Shown here piece after piece: positions 1 to 10,547 of a stretch of 33,573 nt of DNA. A program made the translations under genes and the position numbers. Numbering within the stretch: position 1 is the stretch's first letter; each line of letters begins with the position of its first letter. The notes below the pieces were generated by a model. It was given only the letters and a program-made list of their open reading frames with translations, was not told the origin of the DNA and ran no database searches. This DNA comes from Candidatus Scalinduaceae bacterium (GTDB lineage: Bacteria; Planctomycetota; Brocadiia; Brocadiales; Scalinduaceae), in assembly GCA_046759445.1 (NCBI GenBank), contig JBHICG010000036.1, forward strand, positions 1 through 33,573. The letters are read 5' to 3'.

Positions 1-7
1 AAAACCT

Positions 8-47
8 TTGATAGTCTCACTGGTGAAACCAGTGGCTTACCTATCAA
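8..47. repeat. Imperfect hairpin (REP-like or terminator-like) downstream of the sulfotransferase
   Basis: TTGATAG(8-14)/CTATCAA(41-47) outer arms and CACTGG-TGAAA-CCAGTG inner stem-loop. Confidence 0.45.
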
Positions 48-87
48 TGAGTTAAATGTTAAAACTTTACATAAAGGTCTAAAAATA

Positions 88-1020
88 TCACTGTGAATAA
101 TTATTCTCTAATAGATATGCATTGTTTAGTTTCTCATATAATTCATTGCACAAAACATCTATTTCGGGAATTAAATCTATTTTTTTACCCCTTCCTATCG
201 ACTTAGAGTGGACTTCAGTATGTTTTTCTTCACCTGGATACTTACAGCCTGAAAATTCATAAATCTTTTTCATGACATTGGTAGGATTTGTAACCAAATC
301 TTCATACCTGCACATCATAACATTAGGATTATGAACAAGATTTAATTCAAAAAATAATCTGTTACGAACAAACCAAAATAATGCAGATGCATCATTAGGA
401 TTCATACTCTCTGAAAAATATTTAACTACAATTTTTCTGGTGTATTCAGAAACTTTTTCAGATCTCCAATTGTTAGAGTGATTTTTAACAATAGGTCGTA
501 AATTTTCTATGCTAATTTTAGTCTTAAATTTATTTAAGATAGATGAAGCTACATCTTTATAATACCTATATATCCATAATGCCTTTGAACCCTCGAAATA
601 TTCAACTAATTCAAGTACATTCTGAGTTTCTACAATTGGCTTTAAAATAACTAAGGGTACTTTATCTTTGTCGATTGTTTCCTTTACTGAACTAAGTGCG
701 TTAAGTCTTATTCTATCTATGCTGTTAGAAGACAATTTACTAAATTCCCCGTATACTTTTGTGTTAAAATCCCTCTCAAAGATTCGGGCCAATAAAGAAG
801 TGCCTGACCGCTGGCAACCAACTATAAATAGGATGTTTTTTTTATTACCGTCTCTGGGCATGGACAATTGGCAAATCTCCTTTTTTATCCTAAATAATTT
901 AAAAAAGAAATACTCCCAGTCAAAAAGTCTCCTAAAACGTCTAAAATTGTGTTTTAGTGAACTTTTCATCGTTATATATTTGCCTTTCTGAGCCTCCCAT
1001 TTAATTTTGAAAAGATTCAT
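88..1020 (-). CDS. Sulfotransferase family protein
   Basis: 5'-PSB (PAPS-binding) loop IVGCQRSGTS, 3'-PB-like WIYRYYKDVASS and RYEDLV motif; the true start may be a downstream Met. Confidence 0.8.
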   Translation of the reverse strand: MNLFKIKWEAQKGKYITMKSSLKHNFRRFRRLFDWEYFFFKLFRIKKEICQLSMPRDGNKKNILFIVGCQRSGTSLLARIFERDFNTKVYGEFSKLSSNSIDRIRLNALSSVKETIDKDKVPLVILKPIVETQNVLELVEYFEGSKALWIYRYYKDVASSILNKFKTKISIENLRPIVKNHSNNWRSEKVSEYTRKIVVKYFSESMNPNDASALFWFVRNRLFFELNLVHNPNVMMCRYEDLVTNPTNVMKKIYEFSGCKYPGEEKHTEVHSKSIGRGKKIDLIPEIDVLCNELYEKLNNAYLLENNYSQ

Positions 1021-1431
1021 TAACTTTATTCTCGATTAGGTAAATAGTAACTTACATTCTCTATCCTTGCAACTTGTTAGTATCCAACATAATGATCTTT
1101 GGGGGTTATGATAAATTCCGTATATGTGTATATAATTAGTTATAGTATAAAATGTAAAAACTTTTTTATTTTGCAGGTTTTTTGTATATAAATAAGAAAG
1201 TTGACAAGACAGTAAGTTAAATTTTAATTACAAACGAACCAAGTGTTTTGTCATTCAGTATTGGTTTTTTGAATTTGTTTGTATTTTGAAATTTGTTAAT
1301 TTTGATTTATCTTGAAATATGTCTAAATAGTTATTCTAAGTGTTTTTTATCGATTTTGTATTTAGTAAAGTTGCATTGTGAAATTTATATTACAATATCA
1401 TCAATTTATTTCATTAAATGCGTCAAAACAG

Positions 1432-2568
1432 TCAAATAATGTTGTGGCTGCTCAATATCCTTTTCTTACTTAAAAGCTTTGTATAAATACACTCAGTCTC
1501 CTTAATCATCTTTTCAATTCCAAACTCATTCAATATCCTCTTTCTTCCATTTTCACCCATTCGTTTAGCTTTATTTTCGTCATTAATAAGACTGATAATC
1601 TTTTCTGCAAGTACTCTATTACCGTTTAATGGACAGAGGAAACCAGTTTCACCATCAATGACCAATTCGCTATTTCCTCCAATTTCTGTTGCGACAACGG
1701 GAAGTCCTGCTAACATTGCCTCCATTATAGCATTCGAAATTCCCTCATATAAAGAGGTCATAACGAAAATATCCGTGTTTTGCAATAGTTCAGTAATATC
1801 ACTCTTCTCTCCAGTGAATATCACATTATTTTTTATTCCCAACTCTCTAGAATATTCTTCTAATTCATTTTTTGATGGTCCTTCTCCCACTATTATAAAT
1901 TTTATACTCTTATTTTCAGACATATCTAAAATGGTTTTTGACACATCAAGAAATAACCTATGGTTTTTTACAGGATAAAGAGTTCCAATTGTTACAACAA
2001 CTTTTTGAGCCAACTTTCTTTTGCTATTAGAATCAATTTCTTTCAAAAAATCGGTTACATTTATACCATTATGCACTGTAAAAACATTTCTGGCATTAAA
2101 TGAATATTTTTTTTTAAGTATCTCAGAAGCCTTAAATGAGTTACATATAATTCCATGAGAAAACCATGAAAGTAGTTTATCTATACAAATCTGATATATA
2201 TTCTTATCTTTCCCCATCTCTGGTAGGCTACGCTCAGAAGCAATAATAATTGGTACACCGGCAAGGATTGCAGCCACTCTACCATAGGAATTTGCAGGAA
2301 ACAGTTGCGTATGTACTATATTGGGTTTTATTGCCTTAAGCAATTGTATAAGCTTTAATAATCGTGTGAACTCCATATGTTTTCTCCTTCTGATCTCTAT
2401 ACATGGTATATTTAATCTCTTGATTTCTTCAACCCAGTATCCACCCTCACTAAGGCTGACCACTATTGGATAGAATTTCTCCCTATTAATATGTTTTACA
2501 AGTTGATATAACTGGCCTTCAGCTCCATGCCTGACAAGTTGTCCAATAATATAACAAATTTTAATCAT
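1432..2568 (-). CDS. Glycosyltransferase family 4 (GT-B)
   Basis: GAEGQL N-terminal motif, VHNGI, and EGISNAIMEAMLAGLPVVAT (ExxE7-type motif). Confidence 0.92.
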   Translation of the reverse strand: MIKICYIIGQLVRHGAEGQLYQLVKHINREKFYPIVVSLSEGGYWVEEIKRLNIPCIEIRRRKHMEFTRLLKLIQLLKAIKPNIVHTQLFPANSYGRVAAILAGVPIIIASERSLPEMGKDKNIYQICIDKLLSWFSHGIICNSFKASEILKKKYSFNARNVFTVHNGINVTDFLKEIDSNSKRKLAQKVVVTIGTLYPVKNHRLFLDVSKTILDMSENKSIKFIIVGEGPSKNELEEYSRELGIKNNVIFTGEKSDITELLQNTDIFVMTSLYEGISNAIMEAMLAGLPVVATEIGGNSELVIDGETGFLCPLNGNRVLAEKIISLINDENKAKRMGENGRKRILNEFGIEKMIKETECIYTKLLSKKRILSSHNII

Positions 2569-2688
2569 TTCTATTCTATTGCATTATTGCAGCTTTTAAG
2601 TTTCTATAATGAATTTTATAATTGCTTTTCAAATTTTTAATTGGATGCAAATAATTAAAAACGTAACACACACTTTATGGTTAAGTAG

Positions 2689-3654
2689 TTAAGGCCATTT
2701 ATGTCCGAAATAGCGATTCTCTGCGCCACCGATTTGTGCGATGATATCAAGATCATGCTGGTTGAGTCGCTTCTTCCACGAATCATCTTGTCTAATTTCA
2801 CTAGAGCGTCTGAGTCGCATACGATTACCTATAATATGGTGCGCAGTTTCATAAAAATTTTTTGGAACTGTGGCTCGTTCTAGTCCTACAAAATCTGAGA
2901 TACGGTCTATAGTGCCTTGAACATCGGCACACAATTCATCATATGTTAGCCGTAACCATCTGCTGGGAGATACATATTGTCTTGATCGTTCAGAGTTCAT
3001 ATTAGCTGTGTTCCAAATACGCGTGGCCCAAGCCACGTTATCGGTATTACTGGCTTTCATGATGCTAACTACTCCTCCCCTTACGTCACGCACCAGGTGA
3101 ATTACATACAGGTCTAAATTGTCACACTCTTTCAAGAATTTAATCCGAATAGAATCCTTTTGTGAGTCCACAAAAACTTGTTTACCGCTGATGGCTAAGG
3201 CAGCCCGCGCTAGGTGTGCGTTTCGCTGACCAATCAGGCCTATCAATTTCCGGTACCCTGGCCAAATAGGTACCAATGTATCTCTAATCCTCTCTAAAAA
3301 TACATTTCTAAGAGGTCGTACTAAGGGAATATTTAACCACCTGTAGTTGCTGATTTGAAACCTGGTCTGCCAATTTAACAGACTAAATGAGCTGCCCAGA
3401 GAGTTTATGTGTCGCTCGAGCTCCAAATAGAAAGGGCATTGTAATAGCAGAGTCCCACACGAACATTGATACTTCTTAATATTTACCTTAGGAATAGGCC
3501 CACCTACCTCGTGAATACTCATCATTTGCGGATGGGCATTCAAAAGGAAAGTAAGCAGGGTAGAACCGCTATGATTCGCACCGGTAATATACATGTATGG
3601 TACCTTTTTATTATTCATGACCTTGGACTCCTTCATTAATGTATTTACAAGCAT
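2689..3654 (-). CDS. Sulfotransferase family protein with CSCG motif
   Basis: YITGANHSGSTLL PAPS loop, CSCG..C, VDSQK, IHLVRDVRG, LTYDEL, HIIGNRMR; start uncertain, probably one of the internal Met codons near the 5' end. Confidence 0.8.
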   Translation of the reverse strand: MLVNTLMKESKVMNNKKVPYMYITGANHSGSTLLTFLLNAHPQMMSIHEVGGPIPKVNIKKYQCSCGTLLLQCPFYLELERHINSLGSSFSLLNWQTRFQISNYRWLNIPLVRPLRNVFLERIRDTLVPIWPGYRKLIGLIGQRNAHLARAALAISGKQVFVDSQKDSIRIKFLKECDNLDLYVIHLVRDVRGGVVSIMKASNTDNVAWATRIWNTANMNSERSRQYVSPSRWLRLTYDELCADVQGTIDRISDFVGLERATVPKNFYETAHHIIGNRMRLRRSSEIRQDDSWKKRLNQHDLDIIAQIGGAENRYFGHKWP

Positions 3655-3780
3655 ATTATTAGTAGATTACTGGTATCTTTAAGGACAAACTCCCTAATTT
3701 TATTTTTTTAATTATTTTCAGAATAACAGGGTAGGCGCAACTGTGATATGAAACGGGCATCTTAACCTTAACCGGATACT

Positions 3781-3806
3781 CAATATTCCAACATTCCATT
3801 ATTCCA
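3781..3806. repeat. Short degenerate 8-bp tandem repeat (nnATTCCA x3)
   Basis: caatattcca-acattcca-ttattcca in the intergenic spacer. Confidence 0.45.
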
Positions 3807-3861
3807 GATGTAAACTATAATACGCAACAAACTTAAAATACGCCCTTAAATATTAACTAGT

Positions 3862-5793
3862 TCATAGAATCTCCGAGAAGTTTGTCTTTGCTGTTATAAC
3901 TTTATCAATAAACATCATATGCCATAACTCCAAACAAATCAAAGCCCACAACCGACGGGTGTGATCATATGTTCCTGTTAGATGTTCTTCCAAAAGACTT
4001 TTGATATTGTCCATTTCGAAATATCCTCTTTTTGCAGCCCTATCGCTCAACAGGATTTCCTTTATCAATAATGAAAAATTATCTCTAAACCAAAAACCTA
4101 TCGGTATACTAAACCCTTGTTTCTTTCTATAGATAGCATCATGTGGTAAATAGTTACTTGCTATCTTTTTCAATAAATATTTCTGCCTTCCATGTTTCAA
4201 TTTGATGTTTGATGGAATCCTGGCTGCAAACTCTATTAGCTCGTAATCTAAAAAAGGAGACCTTGCCTCCAGAGAATTCATCATTGTTGCAACATCTACT
4301 TTTGTCAGAAAATCATCTGGAAGTCTAGTTTTGATATCGACGTAGAGTGCTTTGTCTATATACTCTATTGCATCAGTAGATGTGATATATTTTGCGTTAA
4401 TATCGTTAGGATCATGCCCTAATAGTTTTTGCTTAAATTCAGGAGAATATAACTTCTCCCTACGATCAAAACCAAAAATGCCTCTAAACTTTAAACCATT
4501 CTCAAATTTTCCACTTCCGTATTCCGTCATGGTCTTAATTTTACCGACTATTCCCCTGCTCCCTGCCTTAGACGTAGAAACAAAAGCATTTAAAAATAGG
4601 GGTAATAATTTGCTACTTAGAAAAGAGGGCAGGTATTTCCTATAATAACTGCTATAATAATAGGCTTTAGCATTTGCATATCCACAAAATGATTCATCCC
4701 CGCCATCCCCTGTTAGGGCGACTTTTACATGCTTTCTTGTCATTTTGGCTACATAATAAGTTGGAATCTGAGAGGAGTCAGCAAAAGGTTCGCCGTAACT
4801 CCAGATTATGTCCGGTATAATGCTTATAAGGGCCGGTTCTACAATAAATTCATGATGCTCGGTTGAATATTTATCGGCCACCATTTTGGCGTAATTTAGC
4901 TCATTATAGGAATCCTCTTTAAATCCAATAGAAAATGTTTTGACCGGAGAATCACTCATCGTAGCCATTAAGGCAACCATTAGACTTGAATCAACTCCAC
5001 CACTCAAAAATGCACCAAGAGAAACATCGCTTATCATCCTTTTTTTTACAGCCAGCAAGAGCCTCTCTTTTACCTCTTCAACTAATTCCTCCTCATTTCT
5101 TTTTTCTTTTATTTTAAAATCAAGAAACCAATAATTTTTGACTAATGTTCTATATTTATTAAATTTAACATAATGAGCGGGAAGAACCTTTTTTACCTCC
5201 TTAAAAATTGAATACTCCTGAGGAATACACGAAGCGTATAAAAAATGATCAATTGCCTTATAGTTTAATGTTAAATCCTTATCATATCCCAACCATATAG
5301 ATTTGATATCAGATGAAAAAAATACTCTTCCATCTTTTTCCATATAAAATAATGGCTTTACACCTAATCTATCCCTTACAAGAATCAATTCTTCTCTAAT
5401 AGAATCCCAAATGGCAAAAGCAAACATCCCGTTTGTTTCTTGTAAGAGATTTTCCAATCCCCATTCCTCATAACCATGAATCAATACTTCAATATCAGCC
5501 TGCGAACGAAATACATGACCTTTCTCGATAAGTTTATTCCTAAGCTCAAAAAAATTATATATTTCACCATTACATACTAACCAGATTGTTCCATCCTCAT
5601 TTGAAATGGGTTGATGTCCAGCAGAGGTAATATCTATAATACTGAGGCGTCGATGACCTAAACCGATATGAGGAGCAATATGTACTCCTGCATCATCAGG
5701 ACCGCGATTTATCATGACATCCCGCATTTTAACTACGGTCCCTCGATTGATTTTCTCAGAACCCTTGCTATATATTCCGCATATGCCGCACAT
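3862..5793 (-). CDS. asnB: Asparagine synthase (glutamine-hydrolysing) family amidotransferase, polysaccharide-associated
   Basis: N-terminal MCGICG nucleophile, RGPD, GHRRLSIID, NGEIYNF, FLSGGVDSS, LTGDGGDE, RSPFLD. Confidence 0.93.
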   Translation of the reverse strand: MCGICGIYSKGSEKINRGTVVKMRDVMINRGPDDAGVHIAPHIGLGHRRLSIIDITSAGHQPISNEDGTIWLVCNGEIYNFFELRNKLIEKGHVFRSQADIEVLIHGYEEWGLENLLQETNGMFAFAIWDSIREELILVRDRLGVKPLFYMEKDGRVFFSSDIKSIWLGYDKDLTLNYKAIDHFLYASCIPQEYSIFKEVKKVLPAHYVKFNKYRTLVKNYWFLDFKIKEKRNEEELVEEVKERLLLAVKKRMISDVSLGAFLSGGVDSSLMVALMATMSDSPVKTFSIGFKEDSYNELNYAKMVADKYSTEHHEFIVEPALISIIPDIIWSYGEPFADSSQIPTYYVAKMTRKHVKVALTGDGGDESFCGYANAKAYYYSSYYRKYLPSFLSSKLLPLFLNAFVSTSKAGSRGIVGKIKTMTEYGSGKFENGLKFRGIFGFDRREKLYSPEFKQKLLGHDPNDINAKYITSTDAIEYIDKALYVDIKTRLPDDFLTKVDVATMMNSLEARSPFLDYELIEFAARIPSNIKLKHGRQKYLLKKIASNYLPHDAIYRKKQGFSIPIGFWFRDNFSLLIKEILLSDRAAKRGYFEMDNIKSLLEEHLTGTYDHTRRLWALICLELWHMMFIDKVITAKTNFSEIL

Positions 5794-5833
5794 ATAAGTT
5801 TTTATTTATGTAATTAATGAGATAACAAAATAC

Positions 5834-5871
5834 GTAATAGTTCACCGCAAAGCTTTGCGGTGAACTATTAC
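5834..5871. repeat. Perfect 38-bp palindrome overlapping the stop codon of the Wzy-like gene
   Basis: GTAATAGTTCACCGCAAAG|CTTTGCGGTGAACTATTAC: 19-bp arms, no spacer. Confidence 0.9.
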
Positions 5872-7200
5872 ATCTTCTGAAATATTTTTATACATCATTA
5901 TCATCATCCAAAGTACCCAAAAAGCCTTTTTCCCGACACTATCCGTGAATAAACAAGACACCAAAATTGCCCAAAAAGATGCCTTCAGCATAACTATATC
6001 CAAATTATATTGATTAAATCGTGACTGTATTACCCTATAATGTTTCATTATTGCCAAAAGCATTAAAGTAAACCCAATAACTCCAAGTTCCACGAAAATC
6101 CCTAAATATGTGTTATGTGAAGGACGATGATATCCTTTAAAATTAGGAGCATAATTGATAAATTCATCGTATGCATTAGGATAATTTCCGTACCCTGCTC
6201 CAATCAGCCAATATTTTTCGATAGCTTTACATCCTACGTACCAAATATCCAATCTTCCTGAACCGCCATCATCTAACGCTTTTCCCCATCGCTCAATGAC
6301 GAAGTCTGGAACGTATGACATAAGAAGAATTCCAATAATAATCAGTATTGTACAAAAGGTTATTCTCTGTTTTATTGAAAGAATATATACAATAATGATA
6401 ACCGATATACTAAGCATACAACCTCTGGAACCAGAAATGACAATTGCGAAAAGTATTAAGCAAAGAACAGATCCAAATAGGGCCTTCATTATTTTCTTTT
6501 TTTGATTCAGCAACATTTCAAGACAGATTGCAAAGGGAATAAGGTAAGAGAAAGCAACCCTGTTAGGGTTTGTATAATTTTCTCCAACGCTCAATGTTGA
6601 TCTAGTAATGTCTTCGTTTCGGAAATTACCTATTTCATAATTGTAAATTGAAAAAATGGAGACAAGTAGTCCTCCAACAAGTATGCACCATTTTAATATT
6701 TCATATTCATACTTCTGAGTTTTATAAGACGAAACTATTAAATAAAGCAACAATAATCCCGCTACTGTGGTAAGTTTGGTCAAGACACGCTCAGTTTCAA
6801 TCGCCCACCATGCTGATAATACAACGTACATAATAAATAACATCCACCAAAACGAAGTAGCGTCTGGTTTTATTAGTTTGTTCTCAAAAGCCCCCTTCAA
6901 GAATAAAACCACAATTGTTATTATGCCAAGTAATTTAGTCATTGATGTGATATAAGAAATATTCGTTAGTAAGACTGTATCAAACGGAATTAGAAAAACA
7001 TATAGTCCTAAGGGAAAAATAAATGGTTTTTCAATGCAAAGATAAATTATTAAAGGACTAAGTGCTATTCCTAAATATAGCCAACTTTCATTAGCTATAG
7101 CTATTCCTGTGATTACGGCAATAAATAACACGATCCCAACCCATATTACATTATTGTTGAAATCTACACTTTTTATCATCTTAGTAGTAGCAACTCTCAT
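5842..7200 (-). CDS. O-antigen ligase/polymerase (Wzy_C domain) family membrane protein
   Basis: Many hydrophobic segments, NPN, SGSRG, SGRLDIW, GAGYGNY, SHNTYL..ELG. Confidence 0.85.
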   Translation of the reverse strand: MRVATTKMIKSVDFNNNVIWVGIVLFIAVITGIAIANESWLYLGIALSPLIIYLCIEKPFIFPLGLYVFLIPFDTVLLTNISYITSMTKLLGIITIVVLFLKGAFENKLIKPDATSFWWMLFIMYVVLSAWWAIETERVLTKLTTVAGLLLLYLIVSSYKTQKYEYEILKWCILVGGLLVSIFSIYNYEIGNFRNEDITRSTLSVGENYTNPNRVAFSYLIPFAICLEMLLNQKKKIMKALFGSVLCLILFAIVISGSRGCMLSISVIIIVYILSIKQRITFCTILIIIGILLMSYVPDFVIERWGKALDDGGSGRLDIWYVGCKAIEKYWLIGAGYGNYPNAYDEFINYAPNFKGYHRPSHNTYLGIFVELGVIGFTLMLLAIMKHYRVIQSRFNQYNLDIVMLKASFWAILVSCLFTDSVGKKAFWVLWMMIMMYKNISEDVIVHRKALR

Positions 7201-7260
7201 TTCAAAACCAGCCTGTTCAATAAAATGATCATAACGATATCTCTAAAATAACAGTATATA

Positions 7261-7283
7261 GCAAGGCTAAAACCTTGCCCTAC
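7261..7283 (-). repeat. GTAG-type REP-like palindrome
   Basis: Minus strand GTAGGGCAAGG-TTTTAG-CCTTGC: GTAG foot followed by a 6-bp stem-loop, intergenic. Confidence 0.5.
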
Positions 7284-7337
7284 GTCCATTTATTTTTTTG
7301 CGTTTACCACAGTTAAAACGATAATTTTATACATGAT

Positions 7338-8312
7338 TCAATAAATCTTCCTGATGCCAGTATTATGGAGAAACCGTTTAATTGGCAGTAAATAATTCAA
7401 CCGAATAGTACCGAGACGGTAAACTAATTCCTGAGCGGTACAATGACCGATACTAATTCTAGGATATGTGTAGAGATTGTGGTACGAGGAACCTAGTAAA
7501 GTGGCAAAAGCCGATTTGTATATTCGCTTTGAGATGTCAATGGTATCTTTATTAAAAAAACCGAGTGGATAAGAAAGTACAGGATAGTAGGACGGACAAT
7601 GCTCTTTAAGTAAAAAATCACTTTGCTCCAATTCGTAAACTTGCTCCTCATATGTTAAACTGTCAAGAAATCGATGAGACATAGTATGAGATGCCACTGT
7701 CAAGAGAGATATAGAACCGAGGTTTGATAAATCCTCCTTATTAACAAGGCGAATATCTTCGTCTAGCTCAAAAGCCATAGGGCGTTCAACACCTAATAAA
7801 CTGGCAAAGTCAGTTAGCAATCTTTGGCGATCTACCTCAGATCTATATGTCTTGAAGGAAGTTTGAAAGAGATGCATCAGCAATTTACGACCCTTCTTTA
7901 AAACTAGATCAACTTCGACATTGTTATAAACAACCGTCTTTTTCTTCGTCCTTCGTATTAGTTGTTTCGCCTCTACAAACCAAGGAACAAAGTTAGGATT
8001 CTTTAAGGTTTCTCCAATAATAAAGAATACTACAGGAATCTCGAATTTATTCAGTATAGGTAATGCATGGTTAATGACATTCTTAAACCCGTCGTCAAAT
8101 CCCAATAACACAGGAGGCTTTGCATAGGAATGAATTGGACTCTTGCTTCTTGTAATTTTCATGAAATCAAAAATAGATATTGGAGTATAGTTGTTAACGA
8201 TAAATTTAATTTGATCCCTAAACATGGATGCCGTTGGATTTGAAAAAACAAGATTTTCCGGATCAATGGAATCCGATTCAACACCATGCCAGAACAGACT
8301 TAGAATCTTCAA
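7338..8312 (-). CDS. Polysaccharide deacetylase (CE4/NodB-like)
   Basis: LGFDDG, SHTMSH and SYPLG motifs; TTG start 7 nt after GGAG. Confidence 0.85.
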   Translation of the reverse strand: MKILSLFWHGVESDSIDPENLVFSNPTASMFRDQIKFIVNNYTPISIFDFMKITRSKSPIHSYAKPPVLLGFDDGFKNVINHALPILNKFEIPVVFFIIGETLKNPNFVPWFVEAKQLIRRTKKKTVVYNNVEVDLVLKKGRKLLMHLFQTSFKTYRSEVDRQRLLTDFASLLGVERPMAFELDEDIRLVNKEDLSNLGSISLLTVASHTMSHRFLDSLTYEEQVYELEQSDFLLKEHCPSYYPVLSYPLGFFNKDTIDISKRIYKSAFATLLGSSYHNLYTYPRISIGHCTAQELVYRLGTIRLNYLLPIKRFLHNTGIRKIY

Positions 8313-8348
8313 TCATTTTCTCCTGTAAACCCTTCTGTGATAAATGAT

Positions 8349-9629
8349 TCAATTTAGAAGAAACATTTTTAGGATTTCAGAATATTTCTTGGTTATCGAG
8401 TTATAGGTATAATTCTCAATATTATCATTGCAATAATATTTTACTTCTCCGAACTGTATAAATTCCTGGTAATGTTCCAAAATAATATTTTCCAACATAT
8501 CAGAGTTTTCTGCAAACTTACCTGCATTGGTTTCTTCTAAAAAATCTTTTATGATACCTCCATACCCTCCAGTAGCAACTATTGGTCGTCTTGCACCAAA
8601 GTATTCAAATAGTTTGGCTGGGCAATCACCTTTTTCCTTTTCATTATTAAGGCGCAAAAGTAATAGTAATTGTGACTCTCTTTGTCTTTCTAATACCTTC
8701 TGTCTTGGTATAAGACCACAAAGATCAACGACTCCTTCCAAATTGTATTTGTTAATCTCCTCTAAAAGCCAGTCTTCTTTTTTCCCATAGAATTTAATTT
8801 CTATTAAATCTTTTTTAATTCTATTTTTTTTAATTAAATTCGTTACCACTCCAAATAATAATGAGGGGTCCCTTTCTCCCTTACAAAATTTTCCTGTATG
8901 CGTAATAGTAAATTTATCTGTCAATTTCAATGATTTTTCAGGGAAATCATCAGTATCATAACCATTTGTTATACAAAATACTTTCTTATCCTTAAAAAGA
9001 GCCTTAAGTACATCTGCTTGTGGTTTAGTAACTGTTACTAGAATATCAGCATCATTTAATGTTTTTGTTGCCAATCGCTTATCAAAATACTTAATTAAAC
9101 CAAGCTTATTATCTGCATACAACTGAGCCCAGGGATCCCGAAGATCAGCTAACCATGGAATTTTGTACTTTTTGCTCAATTTCCTGGCTATTAAATGGGT
9201 TGTTACGGGTGGAGATGTGCTAATAATTACATCTATCTTCTCTTTTAATAAGAACTTAGATGCGGATTTAAACGCAAACTTGTACCAGCCTATTTTACTA
9301 TCAGGAAAGGCTATAATTTCTTTTAACAACCTAATAATTTTACTTTTCCATGTCAAATCGTTATATTTTTTTGATATAGCAATATCCAATTGTTCATGCA
9401 AGACTTTTTGTGGTTTAAACCCAAATTTTGATTTAAAGGAACCCTTAACATCCTTATAATCAGTTTTAATTACTTTTATCCCTTCAGGTGATATCCCTGG
9501 ATGTTTAACTGTCAGGACTATGGGTTCCCATCCAAATTTTGGAAAATATTTGGCTAACCTGTAAGGTCTTTGAGAACCACTGACTTGAAGTGGTGGAAAA
9601 GCATAAGCTATAATTAAAGCTTTCTTCAT
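8349..9629 (-). CDS. Glycosyltransferase family 4
   Basis: IAYAFPP, STSPP, ADLRDPW, ITNGYD, PAKLFEY. Confidence 0.88.
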   Translation of the reverse strand: MKKALIIAYAFPPLQVSGSQRPYRLAKYFPKFGWEPIVLTVKHPGISPEGIKVIKTDYKDVKGSFKSKFGFKPQKVLHEQLDIAISKKYNDLTWKSKIIRLLKEIIAFPDSKIGWYKFAFKSASKFLLKEKIDVIISTSPPVTTHLIARKLSKKYKIPWLADLRDPWAQLYADNKLGLIKYFDKRLATKTLNDADILVTVTKPQADVLKALFKDKKVFCITNGYDTDDFPEKSLKLTDKFTITHTGKFCKGERDPSLLFGVVTNLIKKNRIKKDLIEIKFYGKKEDWLLEEINKYNLEGVVDLCGLIPRQKVLERQRESQLLLLLRLNNEKEKGDCPAKLFEYFGARRPIVATGGYGGIIKDFLEETNAGKFAENSDMLENIILEHYQEFIQFGEVKYYCNDNIENYTYNSITKKYSEILKMFLLN

Positions 9630-10547
9630 CTATTCTTCTAGTCCTTCCTTATTCAACTCATACTGATGGGCAAGCCATTTCGCCGTCTTCTCTATAACAT
9701 TTCTTTCAGCTTCTATAGACGCAAAGGTATGATTACCATCAGGTACTATGTGATACTCACAGTTGTGTCTTTTACCTTCAGATATTTCCTTGAATTTGAA
9801 CTCAAATTCCTCTTTCGGGACAATATTTCGTTCTCCATACACAAAGAGGGCTTTTCGTCTTGAGAAGAGAAAGGTCTCAAAAGCCTTAAAAAACTCTCTG
9901 TATCTTTTATCATCCTGTCCTCTTTTCTCTATCAACAATTTCCAAAGGACGCTCCTGATAATAAGGAAATTACTATTAGAGGAAAAACATCTTCTCCAGG
10001 CTTCAATACTAAATGATTTTTTCATCCATCCTTTTAAATATCGTTTTGCAGCAACTCCACTAATTGCTTCATTATTAGACAGCTTGGCTTCAGAAAACTT
10101 CTGTTTGTCAGTAATAATGGGAAGGGACCAAGAAATAATGCCATCTACCCGAATGTCCTTTGCAGCAGTCATCAAGGCATTCCTTGCACCAGCGCAAATT
10201 CCTAAAAGAACCACCTTTTCAACCTGAGCTTCCTGAGTGAAAAAATCTATGGCATTTAATGTATCCTCGGTATCAAAGAGATCAAAATGAATATCCCCAA
10301 TTGCTCCTTCACTGTCTCCTATTCCTGGGAAATCTAACCTCAAAGAAGAGAATCCCAACTGATTCAATCTTCTTGATGTTTTCACATAAATCCTGTGGGG
10401 ACCTACCCTGTAATGAAGGCCAGAGTTAACGAAAATAACACCAACCTTTCTGCTTTTGTTTTCAGTTTTGTGCAGGATTCCGAAGATATTATTCCCTCTA
10501 CTTTCAAAGCATACTGGTTTTTCAATGTTTGAAGATAATACCTTCAT
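9630..10547 (-). CDS. Alpha/beta hydrolase with Cys nucleophile elbow (similar to exosortase-A-system 'hydrolase 1')
   Basis: YRVGPHR, RLDFPGIGDSEG, LLGICAGA, GNHTF; start moved to the ATG at 10547, which overlaps the upstream TGA (ATGA). Confidence 0.75.
   Translation of the reverse strand: MKVLSSNIEKPVCFESRGNNIFGILHKTENKSRKVGVIFVNSGLHYRVGPHRIYVKTSRRLNQLGFSSLRLDFPGIGDSEGAIGDIHFDLFDTEDTLNAIDFFTQEAQVEKVVLLGICAGARNALMTAAKDIRVDGIISWSLPIITDKQKFSEAKLSNNEAISGVAAKRYLKGWMKKSFSIEAWRRCFSSNSNFLIIRSVLWKLLIEKRGQDDKRYREFFKAFETFLFSRRKALFVYGERNIVPKEEFEFKFKEISEGKRHNCEYHIVPDGNHTFASIEAERNVIEKTAKWLAHQYELNKEGLEE

Noticed and set aside
1255..1312. T-rich degenerate short repeats in the spacer between the sulfotransferase and the GT4
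   Set aside because: Low complexity with no well-defined unit; I could not support a promoter or element call.
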